A stretch of DNA of 53,391 bases from an uncultured Gammaproteobacteria bacterium (GTDB taxonomy: Bacteria; Myxococcota_A; UBA9160; SZUA-336): contig CAXMNF010000049.1 of assembly GCA_964194645.1 (NCBI GenBank), positions 1 through 53,391 of the forward strand. Direction: 5' to 3'. The notes beneath the pieces are model-generated. The model saw nothing but the letters and a program-made list of their open reading frames with translations, was not told the origin of the DNA and did not search any database. Positions 1 to 7,699 of the stretch are shown here, one piece after another. Both the position numbers and the translations under genes were made by a program. Each line of letters starts with the position of its first letter. Position 1 is the first letter of the stretch.

Positions 1-214
1 CGAGCTTTGCTCGCCGCTAGGCCGCTCCCCCCGTTCCCGTAGGAGAGCGACTCTTCCTGGAGTCGCTCTCCGTCGCGGCAAGGCGAGCTTTGCTCGCCGC
101 TAGGCCGCTCCCCCCGTTCCCGTAGGAGAGCGACTCTTCCTGGAGTCGCTCTCCGTCGCGGCAAGGCGAGCTTTGCTCGCCGTTAGGCCGCTAGGCGGGC
201 CGCTAGCCGGGCCG
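1..214. repeat. Tandem array of a REP-like two-hairpin element: exact 83-bp units at 1-83 and 84-166, a partial third unit from 167, then 12-nt GCCGCTAG-containing sub-repeats running into the pyrE stop
   Basis: Read directly. The unit cgagctttgctcgccgctaggccgctccccccgttcccgtaggagagcgactcttcctggagtcgctctccgtcgcggcaagg repeats with period 83. It has a GTAG head followed by a 12-bp stem (ggagagcgactc / gagtcgctctcc, loop ttcctg) and a second 7-bp stem (ggcgagc ttt gctcgcc). The same element recurs at 39399-39511 and 53235-53391. Confidence 0.9.
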
Positions 215-826
215 CTAGGAGCTGAATTCCGCGCGCCAGCGGAGCAGGCGCTCGAGGGCGTCGGGGCGAAGGTCGAGTGTGTCGAGCAGCGCGGGGAAGC
301 GGACCAGCGCCTGCCACGGGACGCCGAGCGCGGCCATGCGCTGCTGGGCGGCGGGGAAGTCGTAGCTGAAGATGGCCTGCACACCGAGCACCTTGCCACC
401 CTCCCCGCTGAGCGCCTCGACGGCAGAGGCGCTGCTGCCGCCGAGCGAGACGGTGTCTTCGATCAGGACGACACGCGCGCCGTCGAGCGCTCGCCCCTCG
501 ACGCGGCGCTGCTGGCCGTGCTGCTTGGCGCTGCCGCGCACGTAGACCATCGGCAGGTCCATGCGCTCGGCGACCCAGGCGGCGTACGGGATGCCGGCTG
601 TGGCGGTACCCGCAATCACTTCGGGCGCGCCGAAGCGCTCCGCAAGCGCGTCGCACAGCGCGTCCGCGACCTGCGCGCGCGCACTCGGGAAGCTCAGCAG
701 CAGGCGATTGTCGCAGTAGATCGGCGCACGCTTGCCCGAGGACCAGGTGAACCAGTCGTCGGGATCAGCGCGCAACTCGACCGCGCCGCACTCGACCAGC
801 AGGCGTGCAAGATCCGCTTCGCTCAG
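215..826 (-). CDS. pyrE: Orotate phosphoribosyltransferase (Bacillus-type PyrE); probable CTG start at 826. The ORF track starts it at TTG 775.
   Basis: Motifs FTWSSGKRAPIYCDNR, AGTATAGIPYAAWVAERMDLPMVYVR and LIEDTVSLGGS. The in-frame upstream peptide SEADLARLLVECGAVE matches the expected PyrE N-terminal helix. CTG 824-826 overlaps the upstream TGA (CTGA), with GGGAGGGAG 5 nt upstream. Confidence 0.9.
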   Translation of the reverse strand: MSEADLARLLVECGAVELRADPDDWFTWSSGKRAPIYCDNRLLLSFPSARAQVADALCDALAERFGAPEVIAGTATAGIPYAAWVAERMDLPMVYVRGSAKQHGQQRRVEGRALDGARVVLIEDTVSLGGSSASAVEALSGEGGKVLGVQAIFSYDFPAAQQRMAALGVPWQALVRFPALLDTLDLRPDALERLLRWRAEFSS

Positions 827-1389
827 CGCTCCCTCCCGATCCAGGGTGGCTCCTCGACCTCCGCGCGGTGGTTCACCACGCGCGCCATCACGAACAGCAA
901 GTCGGACAACCGGTTCAGGTAGCGCACCAGCCGCTCCGACACGGACTCGGGGCTATCCGACAGCTCCACTACGCGGCGCTCGGCGCGGCGGCACACGGTG
1001 CGCGCGTGGTGCAGGCGTGCGGCAGCGGGCGCGCCACCCGGCAGGATGAAGCTGCGCAGCGGCTCGACTTCGTCTTCGCAGGCGTCGATCCAGGCCTCGA
1101 GTTCGGCGATCTTGGCGTCCCCCACGCGCGGCAGCTTCTGGCCCTTCTGCTCGCGCTCGTCCACATCTGGCGTGGCGAGCTCGCCGCCCAGGTCGAAGAG
1201 CGCCGACTGGATGGCGGCGAGACGGTCGTCGAGATCCGCATCCGTCAGGCTGGCTCGCACCAGTCCCAGCAGGGCGTTCAGCTCGTCCACGGAGCCGTAC
1301 GCCTCGACGCGCAGGGCGCTCTTGCGCACTCGCTGGCCTCCGAACAGGCCGGTCTCGCCCCCGTCTCCCCCACGTGTGTACAGCTTCAC
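823..1389 (-). CDS. ATP:cob(I)alamin adenosyltransferase, PduO-type (MMAB family)
   Basis: Starts at GTG 1389 (VKLYTRGGDGGETGL...). Motifs RVEAYGSVDELNALLG, FILPGG and ARTVCRRAER. The longer 384-aa ORF upstream is Arg/Ala-rich GC noise. Confidence 0.85.
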   Translation of the reverse strand: MKLYTRGGDGGETGLFGGQRVRKSALRVEAYGSVDELNALLGLVRASLTDADLDDRLAAIQSALFDLGGELATPDVDEREQKGQKLPRVGDAKIAELEAWIDACEDEVEPLRSFILPGGAPAAARLHHARTVCRRAERRVVELSDSPESVSERLVRYLNRLSDLLFVMARVVNHRAEVEEPPWIGRER

Positions 1390-1430
1390 GGTGCGGGGAG
1401 TATAACGTCGACCTACGGGGAGGCGGAGCA

Positions 1431-3737
1431 GTGACGCTCGACGTGCAGGTGACCGACGCGCGGATCTCCGCGGAGAGCGAGCAGCTCCGCTTCGCGCTGG
1501 ACCGGGCCGAGCTGCGGCTCGAGCTGGCCGGGCCGGAGGGCTCCGTGGCACTGCGCGGCTTCCGCCCGCACGCGCGGCTCGGGCGGCGCACGCTCGAACC
1601 GAGCGAGCTGCGCAGTCACCGGGTGACTCCCGTGCAGACACCGCACGGCGACGCGACGCGTCTCGAGTTCGTTTTCGGCACGCGCGGCGCGCTCGAACTC
1701 GAACTCGCCGTCGAGCTGGGCCGCGACTGGCCCGGCGCGATCCTCGAGCTCTCGGCGCGCAACGGCGGCGAACGACCGCTGCGCCTCTCGGCGCTGGACC
1801 CGCTGGTCTGGCAGGCCGCTGCGGGCGCGCTCTCCCTGCCGGGCGACCCGCACGCGCTGCGCGTCTTCCGCATGGGCTACCAGTCGTGGTCGCCGGCCGT
1901 GTACGCGCCGCTCGCCGCGCGCGAGCCTCGCCCGCGCCTGCGCCTGCTGCGCACCGTGCACCGCAGCCCGTGCGCACCGCGGCCGCGGCGCGGCTGGCAG
2001 ACCTCGGACACGGTCACCTGGCTGGGCGCGCCGGGCGAGCCGGGGCTCACGCTTGGCTTTCTCACCCAGAAGCGCTTCCTCGCGCACCTGGCCGTGCGTC
2101 AGCGCCGCGGCGCGCCCGTCGGGCTGCACGCGCGCGTCGCGACCGAGGAGCGGTCGCTCGTCCCGGGCGAGGTGTGCCGCGCGGAGCGGCTCTGGGTCGG
2201 CCTCGATCCCGCCGGCGTAGACGGCCTGGCGTCGTGGGCGACGCGCAGCGGCCGCGAGATGGACGCGCGCGTGCCCGCGCGCAGCGGCTCGGGCTGGTGC
2301 TCCTGGTACCAGTACTTTACGCGCGTCCAGGCGTCGCACGTTACGGCCGCCGCACAGGCGCTGGCGCGGCTCGAACTGCCCGTCGACACCGTGCAGATCG
2401 ACGACGGGTTCCAGGCCGCGGTCGGCGATTGGCTCGAGTGGTCGCCCGGCTTCCCAGACGGGGTTGCGCCGCTCGCCAAGGAAATCCGCAGCCACGGCTT
2501 CGTGGCGGGCCTGTGGCTGGCGCCGCTGCTGGTCTCACGCGCCTCGCGCCTGGCGCGCGAACACCCCGACTGGATTCTGCGCGGCCGCTTCGGCCGCAAG
2601 CGCGTCGCGAATCTGAATCCGGCCTGGAAGGGCCGCGTCTGCTGGGCGCTCGACCCGACCCACCCGGAGGTGCTCGACTTCCTGCGCCAGCTGGGCGGCA
2701 GCGTGCGCGAGCTGGGCTTCGACTACCTGAAGCTCGACTTCCTGTACGCGGGGGCGCTGCGCGGGCGCCGCTACGATCGGGAGCTGCCCTCGGCCGCCGC
2801 CTACCGCGGCGCCATCCAGGCATTCCGCGAGGGCGCCGGCGAGGATGCGCTGCTGCTCGGCTGCGGTGCCCCGCTCGGCCCGTCGGTGGGCCTGTTCGAC
2901 GCGATGCGCATCGGCCCCGACGTGGCGCCCGCCTGGCGCGCGCGCGGCCTCGACCGCCTGTTCGGCATCCGCGCGGCCCCTTCAGCCGAGAACAGCCTGC
3001 GGAACGTGCTGGCGCGCGCCGTGCTGCACCAGCGGCTCTGGGCGAACGATCCGGACTGCGTCCTTCTGCGCGAGCGCGACACGCGCCTCGGCGAGACCGA
3101 AGTGCGCGCGCTGGCCGGAGCCGTGGCGGCCTCGGGCGGCCTGGCGGTACTGTCCGACGACCTCTCGCTGCTCGGCCAGGAGCGCCTCGAGCTGCTGCGC
3201 CGGCTGCTGCCGCCGCTGGGCCGCGCCCCCGAGACCGGCCCGCTCTGCGGCGAGCTGCCCGAGGGGCTGCTGCAGCGCCTGCCCGACGGAACAGGCCTGG
3301 TGTACCGCGTGAACCTGGACCCGCGCGCGCGCACCATCGAGATCGACCTCGCGGGCCTCGGCTTCGGGGGCGAGGTCTACGTCTGGGACGTGTGGGCACG
3401 GCGGCCACTGGGCCGCCGCTCCGGGGTGCTGCGCTTCCAGTCGGTGCCGCCGCGCGGCTCGCTCCTGCTGCGCCTCGCACCCGACGACGGGGTCGCTCGG
3501 GTGCTGGGCAGCGACCTGCACCTGGGCGCTGGCTCGCTCGAGGCCGCACGGGTCACGACGGGCGACGGCGCGGCGGCGCTCGAGCTGCGCGCGCCAGGAC
3601 CGCGCCACGGGAAGCTCTGGCTGGGAATTCCGGGCCGCGAGCCGCTGGTCCTGCAGGTGGGCTTTCGCGACGCCCTGGACCTGCTGGTGAGCAGCTCGGG
3701 CGTAGGGGTTGAGGAATCCGACGAGATGCCCGATTGA
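1431..3737 (+). CDS. Alpha-galactosidase / raffinose-family glycoside hydrolase, GH36 (clan GH-D)
   Basis: GTG 1431 is preceded by GGGGAGG. Motifs WCSWYQYF, VQIDDGFQ, GLWLAP, FDYLKLDF (nucleophile region) and WANDPDCV. Confidence 0.8.
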   Translation: MTLDVQVTDARISAESEQLRFALDRAELRLELAGPEGSVALRGFRPHARLGRRTLEPSELRSHRVTPVQTPHGDATRLEFVFGTRGALELELAVELGRDWPGAILELSARNGGERPLRLSALDPLVWQAAAGALSLPGDPHALRVFRMGYQSWSPAVYAPLAAREPRPRLRLLRTVHRSPCAPRPRRGWQTSDTVTWLGAPGEPGLTLGFLTQKRFLAHLAVRQRRGAPVGLHARVATEERSLVPGEVCRAERLWVGLDPAGVDGLASWATRSGREMDARVPARSGSGWCSWYQYFTRVQASHVTAAAQALARLELPVDTVQIDDGFQAAVGDWLEWSPGFPDGVAPLAKEIRSHGFVAGLWLAPLLVSRASRLAREHPDWILRGRFGRKRVANLNPAWKGRVCWALDPTHPEVLDFLRQLGGSVRELGFDYLKLDFLYAGALRGRRYDRELPSAAAYRGAIQAFREGAGEDALLLGCGAPLGPSVGLFDAMRIGPDVAPAWRARGLDRLFGIRAAPSAENSLRNVLARAVLHQRLWANDPDCVLLRERDTRLGETEVRALAGAVAASGGLAVLSDDLSLLGQERLELLRRLLPPLGRAPETGPLCGELPEGLLQRLPDGTGLVYRVNLDPRARTIEIDLAGLGFGGEVYVWDVWARRPLGRRSGVLRFQSVPPRGSLLLRLAPDDGVARVLGSDLHLGAGSLEAARVTTGDGAAALELRAPGPRHGKLWLGIPGREPLVLQVGFRDALDLLVSSSGVGVEESDEMPD

Positions 3738-4048
3738 TCATCTCTGTGGAAGACGCCCAGACCCAGGGACGAGCACCCGTGAGTGGTACCTGTGCCGAGT
3801 GCGGCTGCCCGCTCGGCTACGTGGCCAGCCAGCGCGAAGGCGTCTGGTACTGCTGCGGGGCGTGCGGCGACAGCGGCCGCTGCGGTTGCGGCTGCCAGCC
3901 CGATGAAGCCCGGGAGCTGTCGAGCGACGTGTACGTGCCCGGCCGGCGCATGTTCGGCTCGCGCCATCCGGACGAGCTGCGCACCCAGCCCGGACATCGG
4001 GACAGTCAGCGCGCCTTCCCGTTCCTGGATCGCCGGCGCGGCCGCTGA
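3734..4048 (+). CDS. Small Cys-rich protein, possibly a SmtA/BmtA-like bacterial metallothionein with a non-Cys C-terminal tail
   Basis: Cysteine pattern CAECGC-x14-YCCGACGDSGRCGCGC. Third-codon-position GC is high in this frame. TTG 3734 overlaps the GH36 stop (TTGA). Alternative starts are GTG 3746 and GTG 3779. Confidence 0.45.
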   Translation: MIISVEDAQTQGRAPVSGTCAECGCPLGYVASQREGVWYCCGACGDSGRCGCGCQPDEARELSSDVYVPGRRMFGSRHPDELRTQPGHRDSQRAFPFLDRRRGR

Positions 4049-4071
4049 CCCGGCCTACCCCGCCCGGCTGG

Positions 4072-4077
4072 TAGAAT
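4072..4077 (+). promoter_or_regulatory. Candidate -10 box TAGAAT (context tggTAGAATccc) upstream of the 4102 gene
   Basis: This is a rare AT hexamer in a GC-rich background. It lies 24 nt upstream of ATG 4102, which has the strong SD GAGGAGGAG. The same hexamer is found upstream of three other starts. Confidence 0.3.
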
Positions 4078-4101
4078 CCCTCCCGAGCTCGAGGAGGAGC
4101 C

Positions 4102-5076
4102 ATGGCGAAGATCATCGGCAACCTGCGCCCTCTGGACGACTACACCCATCCGCTGGGCCCGGAGCCGAACTTCAACGAGAGCATGTACTTCAACTTCTTC
4201 GACCGCGAGCGCGGGATCGGCGGGTTCCTGCGCCTGGGGAACCGCGCGAACGAGCGCCAGGCTGAGATGACCGTCACGCTCTACCTGCAGGACGGCCGCG
4301 TGCTGTTCATGTTCAGGCGCGCCGAGATCGAGCACAACGACGCGTTCGACGCGGGCGGCTGCCGTTTCGAGGTGCTCGAGCCCGGCCAGAAGCTGCGCAC
4401 CGTCTACCAGGGCTCGGTGATCGACCTGGCGGAGCCGCGCGCGCTGGCCGACCCGCGCAAGGCCTTCAAGGACAGTCCACGCCGCAAGGTCCTGATCGAC
4501 CTGGTGCACGACGCCGTGGGTCCCATGTACGGCAGCGCGGGGAGCAAGGAAGAGTCCGAGCGGCCCGCCGAGCAGCAGTTCGCGCGCGCGCACTACGAGC
4601 AGCACATGGCCGTTGCCGGGACGCTCACCATCGAGGACGAGACCCTCCCGATCGAGGGTTTCGGTCTGCGCGACCACTCCTGGGGACCGCGCTACTGGCA
4701 GGCGATCGAGAGCTACGAGTGGCTCACCATGAACTTCGGGCCAGACTTCCACGCGATGGTGTCGATCGTGCGGCGCGACGAGCACAACCAGCGGCGCGGC
4801 GGCGTGATCGTGCGCGGCGACCAGCTCACCCTGATCAAGGACGTAGACGTACAGGCCGAGTTCGACGCGAACGGCCTGTACCACCACAGCGTGCTCGCGA
4901 AGTTGACGACGACCGACGACGAGAAGCTCGAAATCCGCGGCGACGTCAAGGGCTTCATCCCGCTGCGCAACCGGCGCGAGGGCCTGGTGACGCACATCGG
5001 CGAGGGCATGACCGAGTGGCACTGCGGGGACCGGGTCGGCTACGGCCTGTCCGAGTTCCTGCGGCAGGTGCGTTAG
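4102..5076 (+). CDS. Conserved hypothetical protein of unknown function (324 aa, soluble)
   Basis: Strong SD gaggaggagcc-ATG and good coding periodicity. N-terminal motif HPLGPEPNFNESMYFNFFD. I cannot place it in a named family with confidence. Confidence 0.7.
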   Translation: MAKIIGNLRPLDDYTHPLGPEPNFNESMYFNFFDRERGIGGFLRLGNRANERQAEMTVTLYLQDGRVLFMFRRAEIEHNDAFDAGGCRFEVLEPGQKLRTVYQGSVIDLAEPRALADPRKAFKDSPRRKVLIDLVHDAVGPMYGSAGSKEESERPAEQQFARAHYEQHMAVAGTLTIEDETLPIEGFGLRDHSWGPRYWQAIESYEWLTMNFGPDFHAMVSIVRRDEHNQRRGGVIVRGDQLTLIKDVDVQAEFDANGLYHHSVLAKLTTTDDEKLEIRGDVKGFIPLRNRREGLVTHIGEGMTEWHCGDRVGYGLSEFLRQVR

Positions 5077-5082
5077 CTGGGC

Positions 5083-5853
5083 TTGCCAAGCGCGCCCCAG
5101 CTGCGCCTTGCGCTCGCGGCAGCGGGGTTTGCTTGCGCCGCGCTCGGCTGCGCTCCGCAGCGCGACGAGTTGGTCGTGCTGGCGGCCGCCTCGCTGGCGG
5201 AGTCCTTCCACGAGCTGGGCCGCGCCTACGAGCGGGGTCATCCCGGCGAGCGGCTGGTGTTCAGCTTTGCCGGCTCGCAGACCATCGCCGCCCAGCTCCG
5301 AGCGGGCGCGAGCGCGCACCTGATCGCCACCGCCCACCCCGCGGTGATGGAACGCCTCCGGCAGGAGAAGCGCGTGCTCGACGTGGACGAGTTCGCCACG
5401 AACCGCCTGGTCTGGGTGTTCGCGGGCGCGGACCCGCCGGCCAGTACCGCAGAGCTGGCGCGGCGCCTGCCGAACTCCGACTGGCGGCTGGTGCTGGCGG
5501 CTCCCGAGGTTCCGGCCGGGCGCTATGCACAAGAGGCGCTGGAGCGCATGGGCCTGCGCGAGGCCGCCGAGGCGCGGCTGGTCTCGCGAGAGCTCGACGT
5601 GAAGGGCGTCCTGGCCAAGCTCCAGCTCGGCGGAGCGGACGCGGGTCTGGTCTACGCGACCGACGTCGCTGCCGCCCCGGGCGCCGGGCTCACGGTGCTC
5701 GAGCTGCCCGAAGCGGCGCAGGTGCGGGCGCACTATCGGATCGCAGCGGTCGCGAGCCAGAAGCGCACCCGGGCTCGAGCCTTCATCGGCTTCGTGCGCG
5801 GCCGCGAGGGCCAGGCAATCCTGCGCGCGCACGGCTTCGGAGCTGCATCGTGA
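5083..5853 (+). CDS. modA: Molybdate ABC transporter substrate-binding lipoprotein
   Basis: Lipobox AALGC. Motifs LVVLAAASL, FSFAGSQ, QLxxGA and DAGLVYATDV. Confidence 0.85.
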   Translation: MPSAPQLRLALAAAGFACAALGCAPQRDELVVLAAASLAESFHELGRAYERGHPGERLVFSFAGSQTIAAQLRAGASAHLIATAHPAVMERLRQEKRVLDVDEFATNRLVWVFAGADPPASTAELARRLPNSDWRLVLAAPEVPAGRYAQEALERMGLREAAEARLVSRELDVKGVLAKLQLGGADAGLVYATDVAAAPGAGLTVLELPEAAQVRAHYRIAAVASQKRTRARAFIGFVRGREGQAILRAHGFGAAS

Positions 5854-6629
5854 ACGCGCGCTGGGTCGGTCTGGCGCTCTGGCTGGCGGTGCTCACCGGC
5901 TTGGCCCTGCTCGTGCTGCCGCTGCTCGGCCTGCTCGCGCGAGCGCCCTGGTCCGAGACCGCCGCGCTGCTGACCAGCCGCACGGTGCAGCAGGCCCTGC
6001 TGCTCTCGCTGGTCGTCTCGGCCGCGGCCGTCGCGCTGTCGCTGGCGGTTGGCTTCCCACTGGCCTGGCTGGTGGCGCGGCGCTCGTTCCCCGGCCGGCG
6101 CGTGTTGCGCACGCTCCTGACCCTGCCCATGGTGCTGCCGCCGGTCGTGGCGGGCGTGGCTCTGCTGGCGGCGTTCGGCGAGCGCGGCCTGCTGGGTGGC
6201 GCGCTCGCCGCGTTCGGTGTTCGCGTCCCCTTCACGACGCTCGCCGCCGTGCTGGCCGCGGCGTTCGTGGCCGCGCCCTTCCTGATCGCCACGCTCGAGG
6301 CGGGCATCGCCCAGACCGAGCGGCGCCTCGAGGACGTGGCCGCCACCTTGGGCGCGTCGCGCTGGCACGCGTTCCGCACGGTGCTGCTGCCCGCGATTCG
6401 GCCCTCGCTGCTGGCGGGGATCGCGCTCTGCTGGGCGCGCGCGCTCGGCGAGTTCGGCGCGACCATCACCTTCGCGGGCAACCTCGAGGGACGCACGCAG
6501 ACCGTACCGCTGGCGATCTACCAGACCCTGCAGACGCGTCCCGAGCAGGCCTTCCTGCTCGGCGCGATCCTGCTGCTGATCTCGCTCTGCTTGCTCGCCG
6601 GACTGCGCGGCGGGCGGTTCGCGGCGTGA
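5850..6629 (+). CDS. modB: Molybdate ABC transporter permease
   Basis: GTG 5850 overlaps the modA TGA (GTGA). Multi-TM protein with EAA-like loop motif ATLGASRWHAFRTVLLPAIRP, LGEFGATITFAGN and PLAIY. Confidence 0.9.
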   Translation: MNARWVGLALWLAVLTGLALLVLPLLGLLARAPWSETAALLTSRTVQQALLLSLVVSAAAVALSLAVGFPLAWLVARRSFPGRRVLRTLLTLPMVLPPVVAGVALLAAFGERGLLGGALAAFGVRVPFTTLAAVLAAAFVAAPFLIATLEAGIAQTERRLEDVAATLGASRWHAFRTVLLPAIRPSLLAGIALCWARALGEFGATITFAGNLEGRTQTVPLAIYQTLQTRPEQAFLLGAILLLISLCLLAGLRGGRFAA

Positions 6630-7699
6630 GCCTGCACGCCCAGCTCGCGCTCACGCGGGGCTCGTTCTCTCTCGAGCTTGCGCTCGACGCACCGGCGGGG
6701 CAGACCGTGGCACTGGTCGGCCCGAACGGCTCGGGCAAGTCGACCCTGGTGGAAGCGCTGGCGGGTCTGCTGCCGATCGACTCCGGCGAGATCACGCTGG
6801 ACGGCGCGGTGCTCGAGCGGCCGGGCGACGGCATCCGCGTGCGCCCGCAGCAGCGTCCAGTCGGCGTGTCGTTCCAGGGACTCTGGCTGTTTCCGCAGCT
6901 CTCGGTGCGGGACAACGTGGCCTACGGACCGATGGCGACCGGCACGCCGCGGCAAGCAGCGCGCGCCGGGGTGCAGGAACTCCTGAAACGACTCGACCTG
7001 GTCGCTCTGGCACAGCGGCGGCCCGCCGAGCTCTCCGGTGGCGAGGCGCAGCGCGTCGCGCTGGCGCGCGCGCTCGCGCTGCGCCCGCGCCTGCTGCTGC
7101 TCGACGAGCCGCTCTCGGCGCTCGACATCGAGGCGCGGCCGCGCATGCGCGCCCTGCTGCACGAGCTGCTCGCCGAGTTTCCGGGCCCGCGCCTGCTGAT
7201 CACCCACGAACCGCTCGAGGCGCTGCTACTGGCCGACCACGTGGTCGTGCTGGAGCACGGCCGGGTCGTGCAGGCGGGCACCACCGCGGAGCTGCGCTCC
7301 CGACCGCAGACGCGCTACGCCGCGACGCTTTCCGGGGTGAACCTGCTGTCGGGCACGCTCGAGGCGGACGGGTCGGGCTGGCTGCTCCGCACCGCGGGAC
7401 CGGCGCTGCGCGTGCTGCCCGAGCAGCCGACGCCTGGAGCGGCTCTGCACGCCACCGTGCACCCGGCAGCGGTGCGGCTGCTCGAGCCCGGCACGCCCGC
7501 CGGCGAGGCCACGAGTTGGACCACCAGGGTGGAGTCCGTGGAGCTGCACGACGACCGCGTGCGGGTGCGGCTGGCCGACCCTCCGGGCTTCGTCGCCGAG
7601 CTCGAACTCGAAGACGCGCGCCGTTTCGGGCCCGGCACTGAGGTGCGTGCCTGGCTACCAGCGAAGGCGCTCTCGGTCTACCCTAGAATGGTGCCGTGA
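6626..7699 (+). CDS. modC: Molybdate ABC transporter ATP-binding protein with C-terminal TOBE/Mop domain
   Basis: GTGA overlap with modB. Walker A GPNGSGKST, signature LSGGEAQRVALARAL and Walker B LLLLDEP. Confidence 0.9.
   Translation: MSLHAQLALTRGSFSLELALDAPAGQTVALVGPNGSGKSTLVEALAGLLPIDSGEITLDGAVLERPGDGIRVRPQQRPVGVSFQGLWLFPQLSVRDNVAYGPMATGTPRQAARAGVQELLKRLDLVALAQRRPAELSGGEAQRVALARALALRPRLLLLDEPLSALDIEARPRMRALLHELLAEFPGPRLLITHEPLEALLLADHVVVLEHGRVVQAGTTAELRSRPQTRYAATLSGVNLLSGTLEADGSGWLLRTAGPALRVLPEQPTPGAALHATVHPAAVRLLEPGTPAGEATSWTTRVESVELHDDRVRVRLADPPGFVAELELEDARRFGPGTEVRAWLPAKALSVYPRMVP
7684..7689 (+). promoter_or_regulatory. Candidate internal -10 box TAGAAT, exactly 6 nt upstream of the otsAB GTG
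   Basis: The sequence ccCTAGAATggtgccGTG lies within the 3' end of modC. There is no SD before the GTG. The geometry is identical to that at 41099. Confidence 0.3.

Noticed and set aside
1-190. Possible CRISPR array, because of regularly spaced repeats with hairpins.
   Set aside because: The units are directly abutting 83-bp tandem copies with no unique spacers. The same element occurs singly and inverted elsewhere. No cas genes are present.
1390-1430. Leaderless start for the PduO-type gene, from the palindromic GTATAAC/GTTATAC in the 41-nt divergent gap.
   Set aside because: The TATACT hexamer is 9 nt, not 6 nt, from GTG 1389, and TATAAC is 25 nt from the GH36 GTG, which has an SD. These are plausible overlapping divergent -10 boxes, but the geometry is not distinctive enough to claim.
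4049-4101. Moco riboswitch upstream of the mod operon.
   Set aside because: Only about 53 nt are available between the Cys-rich ORF and ATG 4102. This is far shorter than a Moco aptamer, and I see none of its conserved features.
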